A stretch of 63,635 bases of DNA, filler included, from Octopus bimaculoides (Eukaryota), in the NCBI RefSeq assembly GCF_001194135.2. It is 3 parts of 2 records of this genome, joined end to end, with 100 filler letters (N's around TTAATTAATTAA, not from the genome) between each part and the next. Parts side by side here need not be neighbours in the genome. Positions count along the whole stretch, not along the records: positions 46,156 to 63,635 come from NC_068981.1; 2 more parts are not named here. The stretch is one strand, 5' to 3'. Made by a program: the position numbers and the translations under genes. Below the pieces are notes generated by a model. It had not been told where the DNA came from, did not search any database, and saw nothing but the letters and a program-made list of their open reading frames with translations. Within the stretch, counting starts at the first letter, position 1, and each line of letters opens with the position of its first letter. Positions 52,611 to 63,635 of the stretch are shown here, piece by piece.

Positions 52611-52849
52611 TAGGGTGTTCAAAAAGTCTCTCCGCAGTGAATTTTTTTTCATTGAAGATGTATTTCAAAACATGTGTAGAAAAGTCAACTCATGCATTGA
52701 AAATGAAGGGCAACACTTTCAACAACCTCTTGTAAAGTTTTTGTAAAGTCTTGTAAAGTCTAATATATTCTTTTGTAGTCTTTTACCATCTTATAGATAT
52801 TTATTTTTCAGTAAAATACTTACTGTGGAGAGACTTTTTGAACACCCTG
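52611..52849 (+). mobile_element. Tc1/mariner-derived MITE retaining the transposase C-terminal tip
   Basis: TIRs AGGGTGTTCAAAAAGTCTCTCCGCAGT / ACTGTGGAGAGACTTTTTGAACACCCT. Internal EDVFQNMCRKVNSCIENEGQHFQQ. Confidence 0.85.
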
Positions 52850-53325
52850 CATACACACACACACACACATATATNNNNNNNNNNTATATATATATATATA
52901 TATGTGGTTATTTATTTACATGAAAAAGATCAAAGGTCTTTCCAATCCATATGCTCATAATGCTGGTTTTCCAGATTTTGTGGCATATAAACTCCCCTTG
53001 GATGGGATGCCTGTCTGTCGCAGGATTACTCATTTTTGCCTGCTGAATGGATTGGGGCTGTCCAGAATTGAAACCACAGTCTTACAATCAGGTGGGCATC
53101 CCTCTGACCACTAAACCATCTGCCTCTACAATCACACACACTCACAAAACTATTGTTGTTGTTGCTATTATTAGAAGGGAGGTAATCTGGTACAATAATC
53201 CGCATGCCAGACTGAATACTTAACAGAATTTCTTCTGGTTTTATATTCTGAGCTCAAATTCTGCCATGGTTGTTAACTTTGCCTTTTTGGGGTTGATAAA
53301 ATAAGTAACAGTTGAGTACTGGGTT

Positions 53326-53726
53326 TATAAGAATTGGATGGGATATGACGACTTGGCCATCTCTCCCCAGTTCTTATATTAATCATTAAAATCCAGAAAT
53401 ACAACAACACGAGGGATAACGGTAACAACAGATCAATAATTTATTCTAGGTTGGTGTAGAGCTGTTTCGTTCCTGGGTGAACAGGCATGCTGCTAGAATA
53501 CCAAGGAAGCGTCGACCACATGTCGGGGTCGAGTTGAGAGAGCCTGGAAGAACGTCTTGTCGCGACAGCTGCTAGATGGAGAAGAGAGATCGAACGCTAT
53601 TGCTCTCTCTCCACCTGTTGCATTGCACATGTGTGCTCGGGTACTTCCGCTGACGGCAAGTCCCTTGCACATGCGCAGTGGCACTTCCCAAGATGGCGGC
53701 CAATGGCGGCCACACACGCCACTACA
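53326..53726 (-). mobile_element. Solo LTR (~400 bp) inserted into a SINE in a HYDIN intron
   Basis: Minus strand starts TGTAG and ends ..CTTATA (probably decayed CA). GGTT(T) is duplicated on both sides and AATAAA is internal. The flanks rejoin into a continuous SINE. Confidence 0.7.
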
Positions 53727-54116
53727 GGTTTAATGTAATCAAATAATTTCCTCCCCTAAAATTTCAGGCCTTGCGCTTACAGTAGAAAGCATTATTATTA
53801 TTACTATAGAAAGCGGTGAGTTGGTAGAATCGTTAGCATGCCAGACAAAATACTTAGCACTATTTTTCCCGTTGCTATGTTCTGAGTTCAAATTTTGCTG
53901 AGGTCGACTTTGCTTTTTATCCTTTTGTAGTCGATAAATTAAGTACCAGTGAAATACTGTGGGTCGATGTAATTGACTAGTCTCCTCCCCCAAAATTTCA
54001 GGCCCTATGCATATGGTAGAAAAGATTATGACAATGCATATTTTAAATGGTATTTAACGTGTATTCTTCATTCCCATCTTACTTGTTTCTTACTTGTGAA
54101 TTCTTAAAACTTTCAG

Positions 54117-54236
54117 ATCTCAACTGTGAATATTAACGAACCCATTTTCCAGCCATTCCCATCAGAAATATTCTTCCAACAATATGAACCTTTCAATGTT
54201 TATGAAGTACCTTTGCTTCTTGAAAATAAAGACAGA
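54117..54236 (+). CDS. HYDIN: HYDIN coding exon (ISTVNINEPIFQPFPSEIFFQQYEPFNVYEVPLLLENKDR)
   Basis: TTTCAG acceptor, GTAAGT donor, 120 nt. FQPFPSEI..Q.Y.P..VYEVPL motif as in human HYDIN. Confidence 0.95.
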
Positions 54237-54968
54237 GTAAGTAATGTTACCTGGTTTCCAATGCAAAATCTTGTCCACATTTCTTCAACTCAGGCCATGT
54301 AGCTAAGCAGGATGTTTCAGAGCCACATAGTTAAGGGTTTGGTTTCACTACATGGACTTTGTTTCTTCCTATTTTATGCTGTTGCCCCAGCTTCATCAAT
54401 CTCTAGTGAGTGAAATCGATAAACATAAATTAAAGAAGCATGTCCTATAATATATATATATATATATTCTTTTATTTGTTTCAGTCATTTGACTGCGGCC
54501 ATGCTGGAGCATCGCCTTTTAGTCAAAGAGATTGACCCCAGGACTTATTCTTTGTAAGCCTAGTACTTATTCTATCGGTCTCTTTTGACGAACTGCTAAG
54601 TTACATGTGTCTTTGTGTGAGTGTTTGTATTCCCCCCCCCCTCATCTTCTTGTGTGTTTGCTGACTGTAAACAACAGCCTCACTGTAAGTACAGACAATG
54701 CAACAAAGTGAGCTGAATCAAAACCATCCATCAAAGTTTCGTGTTAATTTTTGTTCCAAACATCATCTTATTAGTGATTTGTTGTCTTAATTCTTCATTA
54801 TTTTAAAAATTAATTGAAACAAAGGCAGCCTATTTCAACAGAAATAGGGCAACAAATGAATGAACAAATATTTTTGTTCTTTTTATTATTAATTTCGAAT
54901 TTCTAATATTGTGTAATTAAAATATTTTAAATGAAGTACAATCATACCATTTATTATTTTTTGATCAG

Positions 54969-55103
54969 ATACCACGTACTATAAAAGTGAATCAAGAGGC
55001 CTCGCCTTACTTTAAATTGATCCCTCCTCCTGATGCACACCTCAAAGTGGCCCCAGGGCTAGCACTTGTATTCAAGGTCCAGTTCACCCCAGAAGAAAAT
55101 AAG
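54969..55103 (+). CDS. HYDIN: HYDIN coding exon (IPRTIKVNQEASPYFKLIPPPDAHLKVAPGLALVFKVQFTPEENK)
   Basis: CAG acceptor, GTAGTA donor, 135 nt. Resembles human IPRLVKVVEESSPYFKVISPKDIGHKVAPGVPSIFRILFTPEENK. Confidence 0.95.
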
Positions 55104-56039
55104 GTAGTATTCTTTTACATACATATATGCTGTTGACATCATAAGAATTTAGTAACTTTCAAAAGTGAGTGTGTGTGTGTGTGTGTGCATTATATATATT
55201 CTTTTATTCTTTTCAGTAATTTAACTGTGGCCATGCTAGAGCACTGCCTTTAGTCGAGCAAATCAACCCCAGCACTTATTCTTTGTAAGCCTAGTACTTA
55301 TTCTGTCGGTCTCTTTTGCCGATCTGCTAAGTTACGGAGACGTAAACACACCAGCATCGGTTGTCAAGTGATGTTGGGGAGACAAACACAGACACACAAA
55401 CATATATATAAGATGAGCTTCTTTCAGTTTCCGTCTACCAAATCCACTCACAAGGCTTTTGCTGGCTCGAGGCTATAGTAGAGGACACTTGCCCAAGGTA
55501 CCACGCAGTGGGACTGAACCCAAAACCATGTGGTAAGCAAGCTACTTACCACACAGTCAGTCCTGTGCCTTTGTCAATTTTCTTTCACTATCTTTCCTTC
55601 TTTAGACTTTTTCTATATGTCTGATGAAGAGCTCTGCTCAAAATGTGAAATCCTCTTTCTTTTCTTTCCTTTCCTGAGCGTCCAGTAATACTGTACTTAT
55701 TCCATGTCCTCGCATTGTTATTTTTTCTTGCTTGTTCATATTTGCATTGATTCTATATNNNNNNNNNNNNNNNNNNNNNNNNNNNNNNNNNNNNNNNNNN
55801 NNNNNNNNNNNNNNNNNNNNNNNNNNNNNNNNNNNNNNNNNNNNNNNNNNNNNNNNNNNNNNNNNNNNNNNNNNNNNNNNNNNNNNNNNNNNNNNNNNNN
55901 NNNNNNNNNNNNNNNNNNNNNNNNNNNNNNNNNNNNNNNNNNNNNNNNNNNNNNNNNNNNNNNNNNNNNNNNNNNNNNNNNNNNNNNNNNNNNNNNNNNN
56001 NNNNNNNNNNNNNNNNNNNNNNNNNNNNNNNTATATAAA

Positions 56040-56410
56040 TAGCACCATTTGAGCATAATCATTACCAGAGTCGCCTTCTAGCACTTGTGCTGGTGGCACA
56101 TTAGAAAATCATTTGAGCGAGGTCGTTGCCAGTGCTGCTGGATTGGCTCCCATGCAGGTGGCACGTAAAAAACACCTTTTTGAGTGTGGCTGTTGCCAGT
56201 ACTGCCTGACTGACTCTTGTGCCGGTGGCACGTAAAAAGCACCCACTACACTCTCGGAGTGGTTGGCGTTAGGAAGGGCATCCAGCTGTAGAAACTCTGC
56301 CAGATCAGATTGGAGCCAGGTGCACCCTTCTGGCTTGCCAATCCTCTGTCAAATCGTCCAACCTATGCCAGCATGGAAAGTGGACGTTAAACGATGATGA
56401 TGATGATGAT
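56040..56410 (+). repeat. Abundant interspersed repeat with ~67-bp internal tandem modules and (GAT)n tail (also 48420-48655, 51310-51576, 52307-52610, 56905-57045, 57320-57480, 62560-62920)
   Basis: GCACGTAAAAAGCACCCACTACACTCT..GGCATCCAGCTGTAGAAACTCTGCC..CCAACCCATGCCAGCATGGAAAG..GTTAAACGATGATG seen in many copies. Confidence 0.8.
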
Positions 56411-56579
56411 ATATAATAAATATATATAGGCCTGTCTTTGAGAAACAGACACAACCACACTGGTTACTCAGAAGAGACTCTTTGCTGACCTTTTCAGGAG
56501 TGGATTCATATTCTTCACATATTTAACAACTCATTTCACTTCGGTGTCTGCAACCCTGTTCTCGAGTTCTTTAACACCT

Positions 56580-56850
56580 ATTGAAACCAAATCCCTCCTG
56601 TTAGTATCAGTTTAGATCTTTCTCGGTGTTTCTTTAAGATAGTCTTTGATGTGCTTGCACTGAGGATGTCTTCCTTGTTCCAGCTCACCATGCAGCGCCT
56701 GCTTTGGCCTGCAGGTTTCCTTTAAATGGGCAAGATGACCAGACCATCTAAACTGGTGTTTCATAATCATGGATCTCATACTTGTCATTTTTGCCATCTG
56801 CAATACTACTCTCTTATCAACCTGTGGTAGATGTCCAGGTCTCCTTAGAG
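56580..56850 (-). mobile_element. RTE (BovB-like) LINE C-terminal fragment
   Basis: [40 protein letters not shown]. Confidence 0.8.
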
Positions 56851-58503
56851 AGAGAGAGATAGAGAGTGAGAGAGTGAGAGAGAGAGAGAAAGTGTGTGTG
56901 TGTACACATGGCACGTAAAAAGCACCATTCGAGCGTGGTCGATGCCAATACTGCCTGACTGGCTCCTGTGCCAGTGACATGTACGTAAAAAGCACCCACT
57001 ACACTCTTGGAGTAAGCAGACATTAAACGATGATGATGATGATGATATATACTTAAATAGATCTTCGTCATCATTTAATACATTTTCTACACAGGCATGG
57101 GTTGGACAGTTTGACAGGAGCTGCACCAGGCTCCAGTCATCTGTTTTAGTATGGTTTCCTAATGCCAACCACTTTACAGTGTATAGTGAGTGCTTTTTGT
57201 GTGGCACCAGCTCATACATATATTTAATGGTTTGTGATTAAATGAGTGTGTGATGAACCCAGAGCTTCATCTTGTAAACGAGCAAAGCCTAAACTCTTTG
57301 AAGTTAAGGAAATTCATTTAATGTCCGTTGTCCATGCTGGCATGGGTTGGATGGTCTGACCAGGGTTGGCAAGCTGGAAGGCTGCACCAGGCTCCAGTCT
57401 GATTTGGTATAGTTTCTATGGCTGGATGCCCTTCCCAACACCAACCACTCCAAAAGTGTAATGGGTGCTTTTACGTGCTACCGGCACAGGTGCCATTTGC
57501 GTGACACTGGTATCTGCCACAACTGCGATTTTGCTCGGTTTGATGGGTCTTCTTCTCAAGCACGACATAATGCCAAAGGCCTTGGTCGTTATCTCCGTGT
57601 GACCCAACACTCGAAAGGAACTCAGCCTGGTGATATTTATTTTGTGTGTGAAGAGTTTACTCTTACACAGGCAATGATAATGATTCAGACAATGAAACTG
57701 GTGAAAATGATGAAGAAAGTAGTGATTCAGATGAACAAGGCCTATTTTTGTTATTCTTCTGATTTTTTTTTTTTTGATTCTGTCCATTAGTTTACCTGCA
57801 ATTGTTACTCTTGAGCTGTGAATGCAAATATTTATTTTTTTACTCAGGAGCCCAGGTAAAGGTAGACACAGGGGCCCAAGTCTGAGAGGGTAAACTCCTT
57901 ACATGCTTAGGGCCCTCTTTGCTTCCATCTTTATGGTGAGGACTTTTGATTCCTGATTTTCCCAGTTTGATGGCTCAACTGTCGGGTTTCTCAGAGCTTG
58001 TTACCCATAAGCACAGCTATAGTTGTGTGGTAAGAAGTTTGCTTCCCAATCACATGGTTCTGGGTTCAGTCCCACTGCTTGTCACTTTGGGAAAGTGTCT
58101 TCTTCTATAACCTCGGGTCAACCAAAGCCTTGTGAGTGGATTTGGCAGACAGAAACTGAAAGAAGCTCGTGTGTGTGTGTGTGAGCATGTGTGTGCCTTT
58201 GTGCCTGTGTTTGTCCTCCACCACTGCTTGACAACTGTTGTTGGTGTGTTTATGCCCCTGTAACTTAGCAGTTTGGCAAAAGAGCCCAATAGAATAAGTA
58301 CCAGGCTTAAAAGTACTGGATCAATTCATTTGACTAAAAATTCTTCAAGATGATGCCTCAGCATGGCTGCTGTGTAATGACTGAATTATGTATTGGATGT
58401 TAAACGATGATGATGATGATGTGAAAGTTGAAAGAAAGATGTAAGTCTTATAAAATATTCCCTTATTTCAAGAGAAATTCCTGTTTTTGTTGTATAATTG
58501 CAG

Positions 58504-58703
58504 GATTATGAACATGAGATTGTGTGTACGACAGAAAGGGAGAGATACGTTGTACCAATAAAAGCCATTGGAGCCCGTGCCATTGTGGACATCCAAGACG
58601 AGATACACTTCCCAACCTGTCCAGTACTAATGGCATCGACTAAAACTATTCTTCTCAGAAATATTGGTAACAGAGATGCCAAGTTTTCTTTCTTTACACT
58701 TCT
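58504..58703 (+). CDS. HYDIN: HYDIN coding exon (DYEHEIVCTTERERYVVPIKAIGARAIVDIQDEIHFPTCPVLMASTKTILLRNIGNRDAKFSFFTL+CT)
   Basis: TGCAG acceptor, GTAAGT donor, 200 nt, ends phase 2. ASH/Ig-like segment resembling human DYAHTLTCVTEREKFIVPIKARGARAILDFPDKLNFSTCPV. Confidence 0.96.
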
Positions 58704-60738
58704 GTAAGTTTCAGCTAAAATGACATTGACTAGAAATAAGGGGAGAAAGAGAGAGACAGAGAGAGAAAGAGAGTAATGGGAAATAGACAGTCATGGTAGG
58801 GGTTAATGGGAGAGAGACAATAATGACTATGGGTAGTCATTGGTAAAGGAGAGAGAGTGTGTGGTGGATAGTTGTGATGGATGTTAGTAATGAGTGACCA
58901 TAGACCGAGAGAAAAAGTGATGGCTACCGAGAGAATGGGAGAATATGTATTGGAATAAACATGTTCCATGTGATCTAGTTGCTCATGGTGACTGGTGCTC
59001 CTGTATTTTATGTGTAGACAAGATACATTGTGGCAAAGTACCACTTGCCAACTGACAGGTTTCTTAAAATGTTTTTGGAAAAGGCAGAACGTATACAGAA
59101 TTACAGATTCGATGTTCTTTGCCATTGATTGCAACATAGCTGGACCTTCCAGACTGAATCTTATAAAACATGAGAAAGAATCGGTGTTGTCATGGTCATC
59201 ATCATCATAACCATCACCATCATCATCAACATCATCATCATTTATCATCTGTTTTCTATGCTGGTATGGGTTGGATGGTTTGACAGGAGTCGGCAAGGCT
59301 GGAGAGCTGCACCAGGCTTCAATTGTTTGTTTTGGGATGGTTTTTTTATGGCTGGATGACCTTGCTAATGCCAACCACTTTACAGAGCGTACCTGATGCT
59401 TTTCACATGGCATCACCATTGTCATCGCCATTTAACATCCCTGGTTCATTCTGGCTGGAACACGGATGTTCAACAGTTGAACAGTTTGACAGGATGCAAT
59501 GGACCCAGCAGCTGCATCATGCTTTACTCTCTCCCTTTGGCATAATTTCTATGAATGGATGCTCTTCTAAACACCAACAACTTCACAGCAGATACTGGGT
59601 GCCTTTTTTTGTGACGCCAGCACTAGTGAGGTTGTCATGCACCCTTCACCTGGGTGGGACTACAGTGGAGAAGGAGGTGGTTTTATGCTAGGGGAGGGAT
59701 TAAGGTATGAGAGAAGGAGACAGAACGGGTTTGTTGCTGTAGAGGAGGTATATGTTTATTTCTTTATTGCCCACAGGGGGCTGAACATAGAGGGGACAAA
59801 CAAGGACCAACAAAGGGATTAAGTCGATTACATTGACCCCAGTGCGTAACTGGTACTTATTTAATCGACCCCGAAAGGATGAAAGGCAAAGTTGACCTCA
59901 CGGAATTTGAACTCAGAACGTAACGGCCGACGAAATACCACTAGCGGAGGTTATATGTGGTCAGATATATCATGGAAGCCTGTGGTCAATTGATTGGCCT
60001 TGATACTCTGGGGAGAAGTGACGTGACAGAGGATTCATCATCATCATCATCATTTAACGTCTGCTTTCCATGTTGGCATGGGTTGGACGATTTGACTGAG
60101 GACTGGCGAACCAGCTTGCAGAACCGATTGAACATGGGTTTTGTTGCCCTAGTAACCACAGCTTTTGAGATGGAGATTGCTAACCTAGTCCAGTCGCTTC
60201 CTTGCCTCATTTTACATGTCCCTGTAAATTTTCGCTGCAATCCGAGCATGCCCACTGCCATTCAACCCTGCATAACCACTAAATGAGACACGCAAACATA
60301 CAACTTTCTGCTATTTCACTTTTATATATAGAGATACACACACACACACACACACATACATGTACATACCCTTGACTAGACATCATATGATGGTTGTAAA
60401 TGAGCATCACCATCATACAAGCGATGTTGTTCATTTCTGGTCTTGCACGCTAAATATGTTTGGCCCTGGCTAAGTATTACCTTGTTTGGAAACAGTTGAG
60501 TGTTGGTGACAGGGAAGGCACCAAGCCATAGGTAATCTGCTTCGACAAATTGATGGAAAAGTGGACCTCAGACGATGATGATGATGATGATGACAGTAAT
60601 GATGATGATGGTGATGATGATGATGACAATAATGATGATGATGGTGAATGTAGCAAAAGATATATTAGAATTGTTATTCTTTATTGTTGATGAGAGAATT
60701 GATTTAATTGATTTTTTTCCCCCTCCTCTGTTATACAG

Positions 60739-60863
60739 ACCTTTCAGTGTTTCACCTGTTCATGGAACTATTGCTGAAAACGCCAATAGCCAGGTAGATA
60801 TAGAGTTTTACCCGACAGAAGTGGGCAATCATCAGGGCCAACTATACCTCAGATATGACACAG
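60739..60863 (+). CDS. HYDIN: HYDIN coding exon (A+PFSVSPVHGTIAENANSQVDIEFYPTEVGNHQGQLYLRYDT+G)
   Basis: ACAG acceptor, GTGAGA donor, 125 nt, phases 2/1 fit both neighbours. Resembles human PFSIEPAIGTLNVGESMQLEVEFEPQSVGDHSGRLIVCYDTG. Confidence 0.94.
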
Positions 60864-60917
60864 GTGAGAGAATATAATTTCGCCATCAAACTTCATTAAT
60901 GTTACATGTGTGGCTCC

Positions 60918-61200
60918 TCCTCCTTCCCCCTCATTCCCTTCTTCTCCCCTCTCTCTCTCTCTCATTCCTCTCCTCTCCCCTTCCTCTCCTCTCCCCTTCC
61001 TCTCCTCTCCCTTCCTCTCCTCTCCCCTTCCTCTCCTCTCCCCTTCCTCTCCTCTCCCCTTCCTCTCCTCTCCCCTTCCTCTCCTCTCCCCTTCCTCTCC
61101 TCTCTTCTCTCTGCCCCTTCTCTCCTCTTCCCTCCTCTTCCCTCCTCTTCCCTCCCCTCTCTTGCTCCTCTCTCCTCTTCTTCACCTTCTACACCACTAT
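60918..61200. repeat. Polypyrimidine/polypurine 15-bp minisatellite (CTCCTCTCCCCTTCCT-like)
   Basis: Seen directly in the HYDIN intron after exon 60739-60863. Confidence 0.9.
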
Positions 61201-61576
61201 ACATCTCTCACTTCCCCATACACTATGTTTGCCTCTCCCCTCACACTCTTTCAACCTACCTACCTACCCATACGTCATCTCCCTTGTCTACTGTATAATT
61301 ATTACTCTTCTACTGCTTTTCATCCCCTTCTGTGCTGCCAGTCATCACTTACTCTCCCTCGTCTTCCCTTCATCTCATATGTATCATTGATCACCCCCTC
61401 CAACCTTGTCACCATTCACTATATCCACCCTACTACTCTAATCTCTACAGACACCACCTCCCCTTCTCTACCTTTCCCTTCAGCTTGTATTCATTGACCC
61501 CCCCCCCCCATCTCCCTCAGCCTGTGGTGGTGGAGATGATTTTCCTTTCCTAAAAAGGATGTTTCTCTGTTTATAG

Positions 61577-61778
61577 GTGAAGTTTTGTTCATAACACTGC
61601 ATGCTGTTGCTCAAGACATAAACATACGCTTGGACAGAAACTCTGTTCGTATTGAAAATACTTTTATCTCTCTGACCAATCAGAGAAGTGTATTTATTCA
61701 CAACCGGACAAATGTTGTTGCCAAATACAAATGGACCAATTTTCCTACGTGGAATGAAGAGATACATCAAAAACAAAG
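61577..61778 (+). CDS. HYDIN: HYDIN coding exon (GEVLFITLHAVAQDINIRLDRNSVRIENTFISLTNQRSVFIHNRTNVVAKYKWTNFPTWNEEIHQKQ+AG); gene continues beyond window
   Basis: TATAG acceptor, GTATAT donor, 202 nt, phase 1 start. Resembles human GEKVFVSLYGAAIDMNIRLDKNSLTIEKTYISLANQRTITIHNRSNIIAHFLWK. Confidence 0.96.
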
Positions 61779-63224
61779 GTATATGCACTTTTCCATTTAA
61801 CCCCTTTTCATACCAACTACCCTGAGACTGCCCCTAGTTCCATGATAGAAACGTCCCATTTTAAAATGATCTATATTCATACCTGCAGTGAGTCAAGGAA
61901 TCCCTATTTTGTTGTTGCGGATTAGCACGGTTGTGCTTTGGTAACTGCAGCCAATTGGAGCTGGTCTCACAGCTATAAAAAAAGGAATTCTGTTCCAGTC
62001 AGCCATTAGTTACCAGGAAGACGCTAGGCCTTCAGCACCACTTTTTCATAACTTACAGCTTCAGATATCTTTATCAACTTCCAACTGCGGGATTACTTTA
62101 AGCTCACTATGCCATCCACCACCCACTTCATGCTACTCACTGTGGAATTATGTTGTCTTGACTTATCAACTCCTGAACAGTCAATGTCATGTGGTGTTCA
62201 TTCTAGAACTTGTCAACTCCTCAAGTTCTTCCAACACCTTGTGCAGTACCACTGCCTGCTGTTTTATATCAGTTTAAAAATGTAAACTATGGCTTCCCTG
62301 ATTCACTACATGCATATTCAGGCCACATAGGATGATTCTTATCCGCACATGTGTGTGCATATAATAAATAACAATGTTTTGCCTTCTGATATTATTTTCT
62401 ACAAACGAACATGTTATTTTACTAAAATCTTCATTATTTTAAAAATTAATTAAAAAAAAGACTTTGTCTTTCAACAGAAGCATGGCAACTGATAGATTAT
62501 TAATCAAGTTAAAAGCTTACAACCCTCCCTCTCCCAGCTGAGAGGTCTTTGTCTTGCAAGTTACTTGGAAACCCCCTGGTGCCGGTGCTACGTAAAAAGC
62601 ACCAGTGTTGGTGCCACATAGAAAGCTCCCCAGTACACTCTGTAAAGTGAGAAGCACTGGTGCTAGTACCATGTAAAAAGTATTGGTGCTGGGTGTCACA
62701 TTAAAGGCATTCGTGCGGGGTGCCACATAAAAGGCACCCTGTACACTCTGTAAAGTGGTTGATGTTATGAAGAGCATCAAACTATAGAAAGCATCCCAGA
62801 GCAGACAATGGAGCCTGGTTCAGATCCTGGCCTTGCCAGCATCTGTAAAAACCATCCAACCCATGCCAGCATGGAAAATGGATGCTAAATGATGATGATG
62901 ATGATGATGATGATGATGGTGGTTGGTAATAAGCCCTATTTGCATATTTCTCAATGTTACTACATTTGTGTTGTAAATGTAATGAGATTTTTCTCATTAG
63001 TAAAATTAAGATTTAATCATTTAGTTTGAGGGAAGAAAGACAGAAGGTTGCTTTAGTATAAGCTTGCAGCACATCTCATTTCCAGAAGGTATGTGGTTCC
63101 GATCCTACTGGCAGGCCTTCTTGCCATCCAAGGGCATTTAATAATCCTTTAGCATTCAGATTTCTCTGTTATTTGGAATTAATCCTGCATTGTCTTGTAG
63201 CTTTGGGATTTCGATGATGTGATT

Positions 63225-63378
63225 GCACATTATTTACATTATTCACATTTGACGAATATTTGTCCTCATCTTGTTTGTTGTTAACACAATGTTTCGGCTG
63301 ATATACCCTCCAGTCTTCATCAGGTGTCTTGGGAAAATTTCAAACCTGTATTCTCATTCCTAAGGTATTTTCCGATGT
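63225..63378 (-). mobile_element. Hammerhead module copy C (intron of HYDIN, antisense)
   Basis: Reverse complement reads GACAC CTGATGA A GACTG..CAGCC GAA ACAT T GTGTT (63283-63328). Adjoins an AAT tract and a Dong-like 3' end. Confidence 0.75.
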
Positions 63379-63397
63379 TGTTGTTATTATTATTATT

Positions 63398-63635
63398 TTA
63401 TGTTTGACTTTTGTTTTGCATTTGTACAAGTTGGATCCAAGTCTCACCCAGAGACCTCAAGAGACAACAAGTTAGAAGTTCATGTAGGTGTTATGCCTAG
63501 GGTACCATATATTTGGATTTGTACAGTTTTGTTCAAGTGAATGTTTAAGAAACCATAAGAAAATTATGTGTTTGATTTAAAATTTGAGATCACATAGACA
63601 GTATTTTACGTAGGATATGGGCAGTTCCCATGAGC
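63398..63635 (-). mobile_element. Dong-like LINE 3' end, same family as 26357-26662
   Basis: Reverse complement encodes LMGTAHILRKILSM* and the same 3' UTR, ending in an AAT tail. Confidence 0.85.

Noticed and set aside
60575-60738. Poly-Met N-terminal extension of the HYDIN exon ORF
   Set aside because: It is an intronic (GAT)n repeat upstream of the acceptor at 60738.

Overview
Repeat-dense eukaryotic genomic DNA with many N-gaps. The microsatellite load and SINE/RTE repeat families point to an octopus (inference). The only host gene supported is the 5' end of HYDIN (axonemal central-pair protein) on the + strand. It has seven phase-compatible GT-AG coding exons from 49891 to 61778 (about 337 aa) and continues beyond the window. 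A probable non-coding first exon (~47190-47285) carries an RFX X-box. Everything else is transposon-derived or simple repeat: degenerate RLE-type (R4/Dong-like) LINEs, RTE fragments, a Penelope-like element, Helitron/Helentron derivatives, Tigger and mariner fragments, several MITEs, a solo LTR and many tRNA-derived SINEs. The most unusual observation is a short element in three partial copies, built as tRNA-like Pol III head + (AAT)n + minimal dimer-type hammerhead ribozyme. Its internal AAT tract is repeatedly occupied by a Dong-like LINE 3' end. A second, unrelated minimal-hammerhead-like motif lies at 9781-9815. Two 100-bp N44-TTAATTAATTAA-N44 spacers (29651-29750, 46056-46155) are artificial scaffold joins. 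All homology calls are by eye or from memory; no database search was run.
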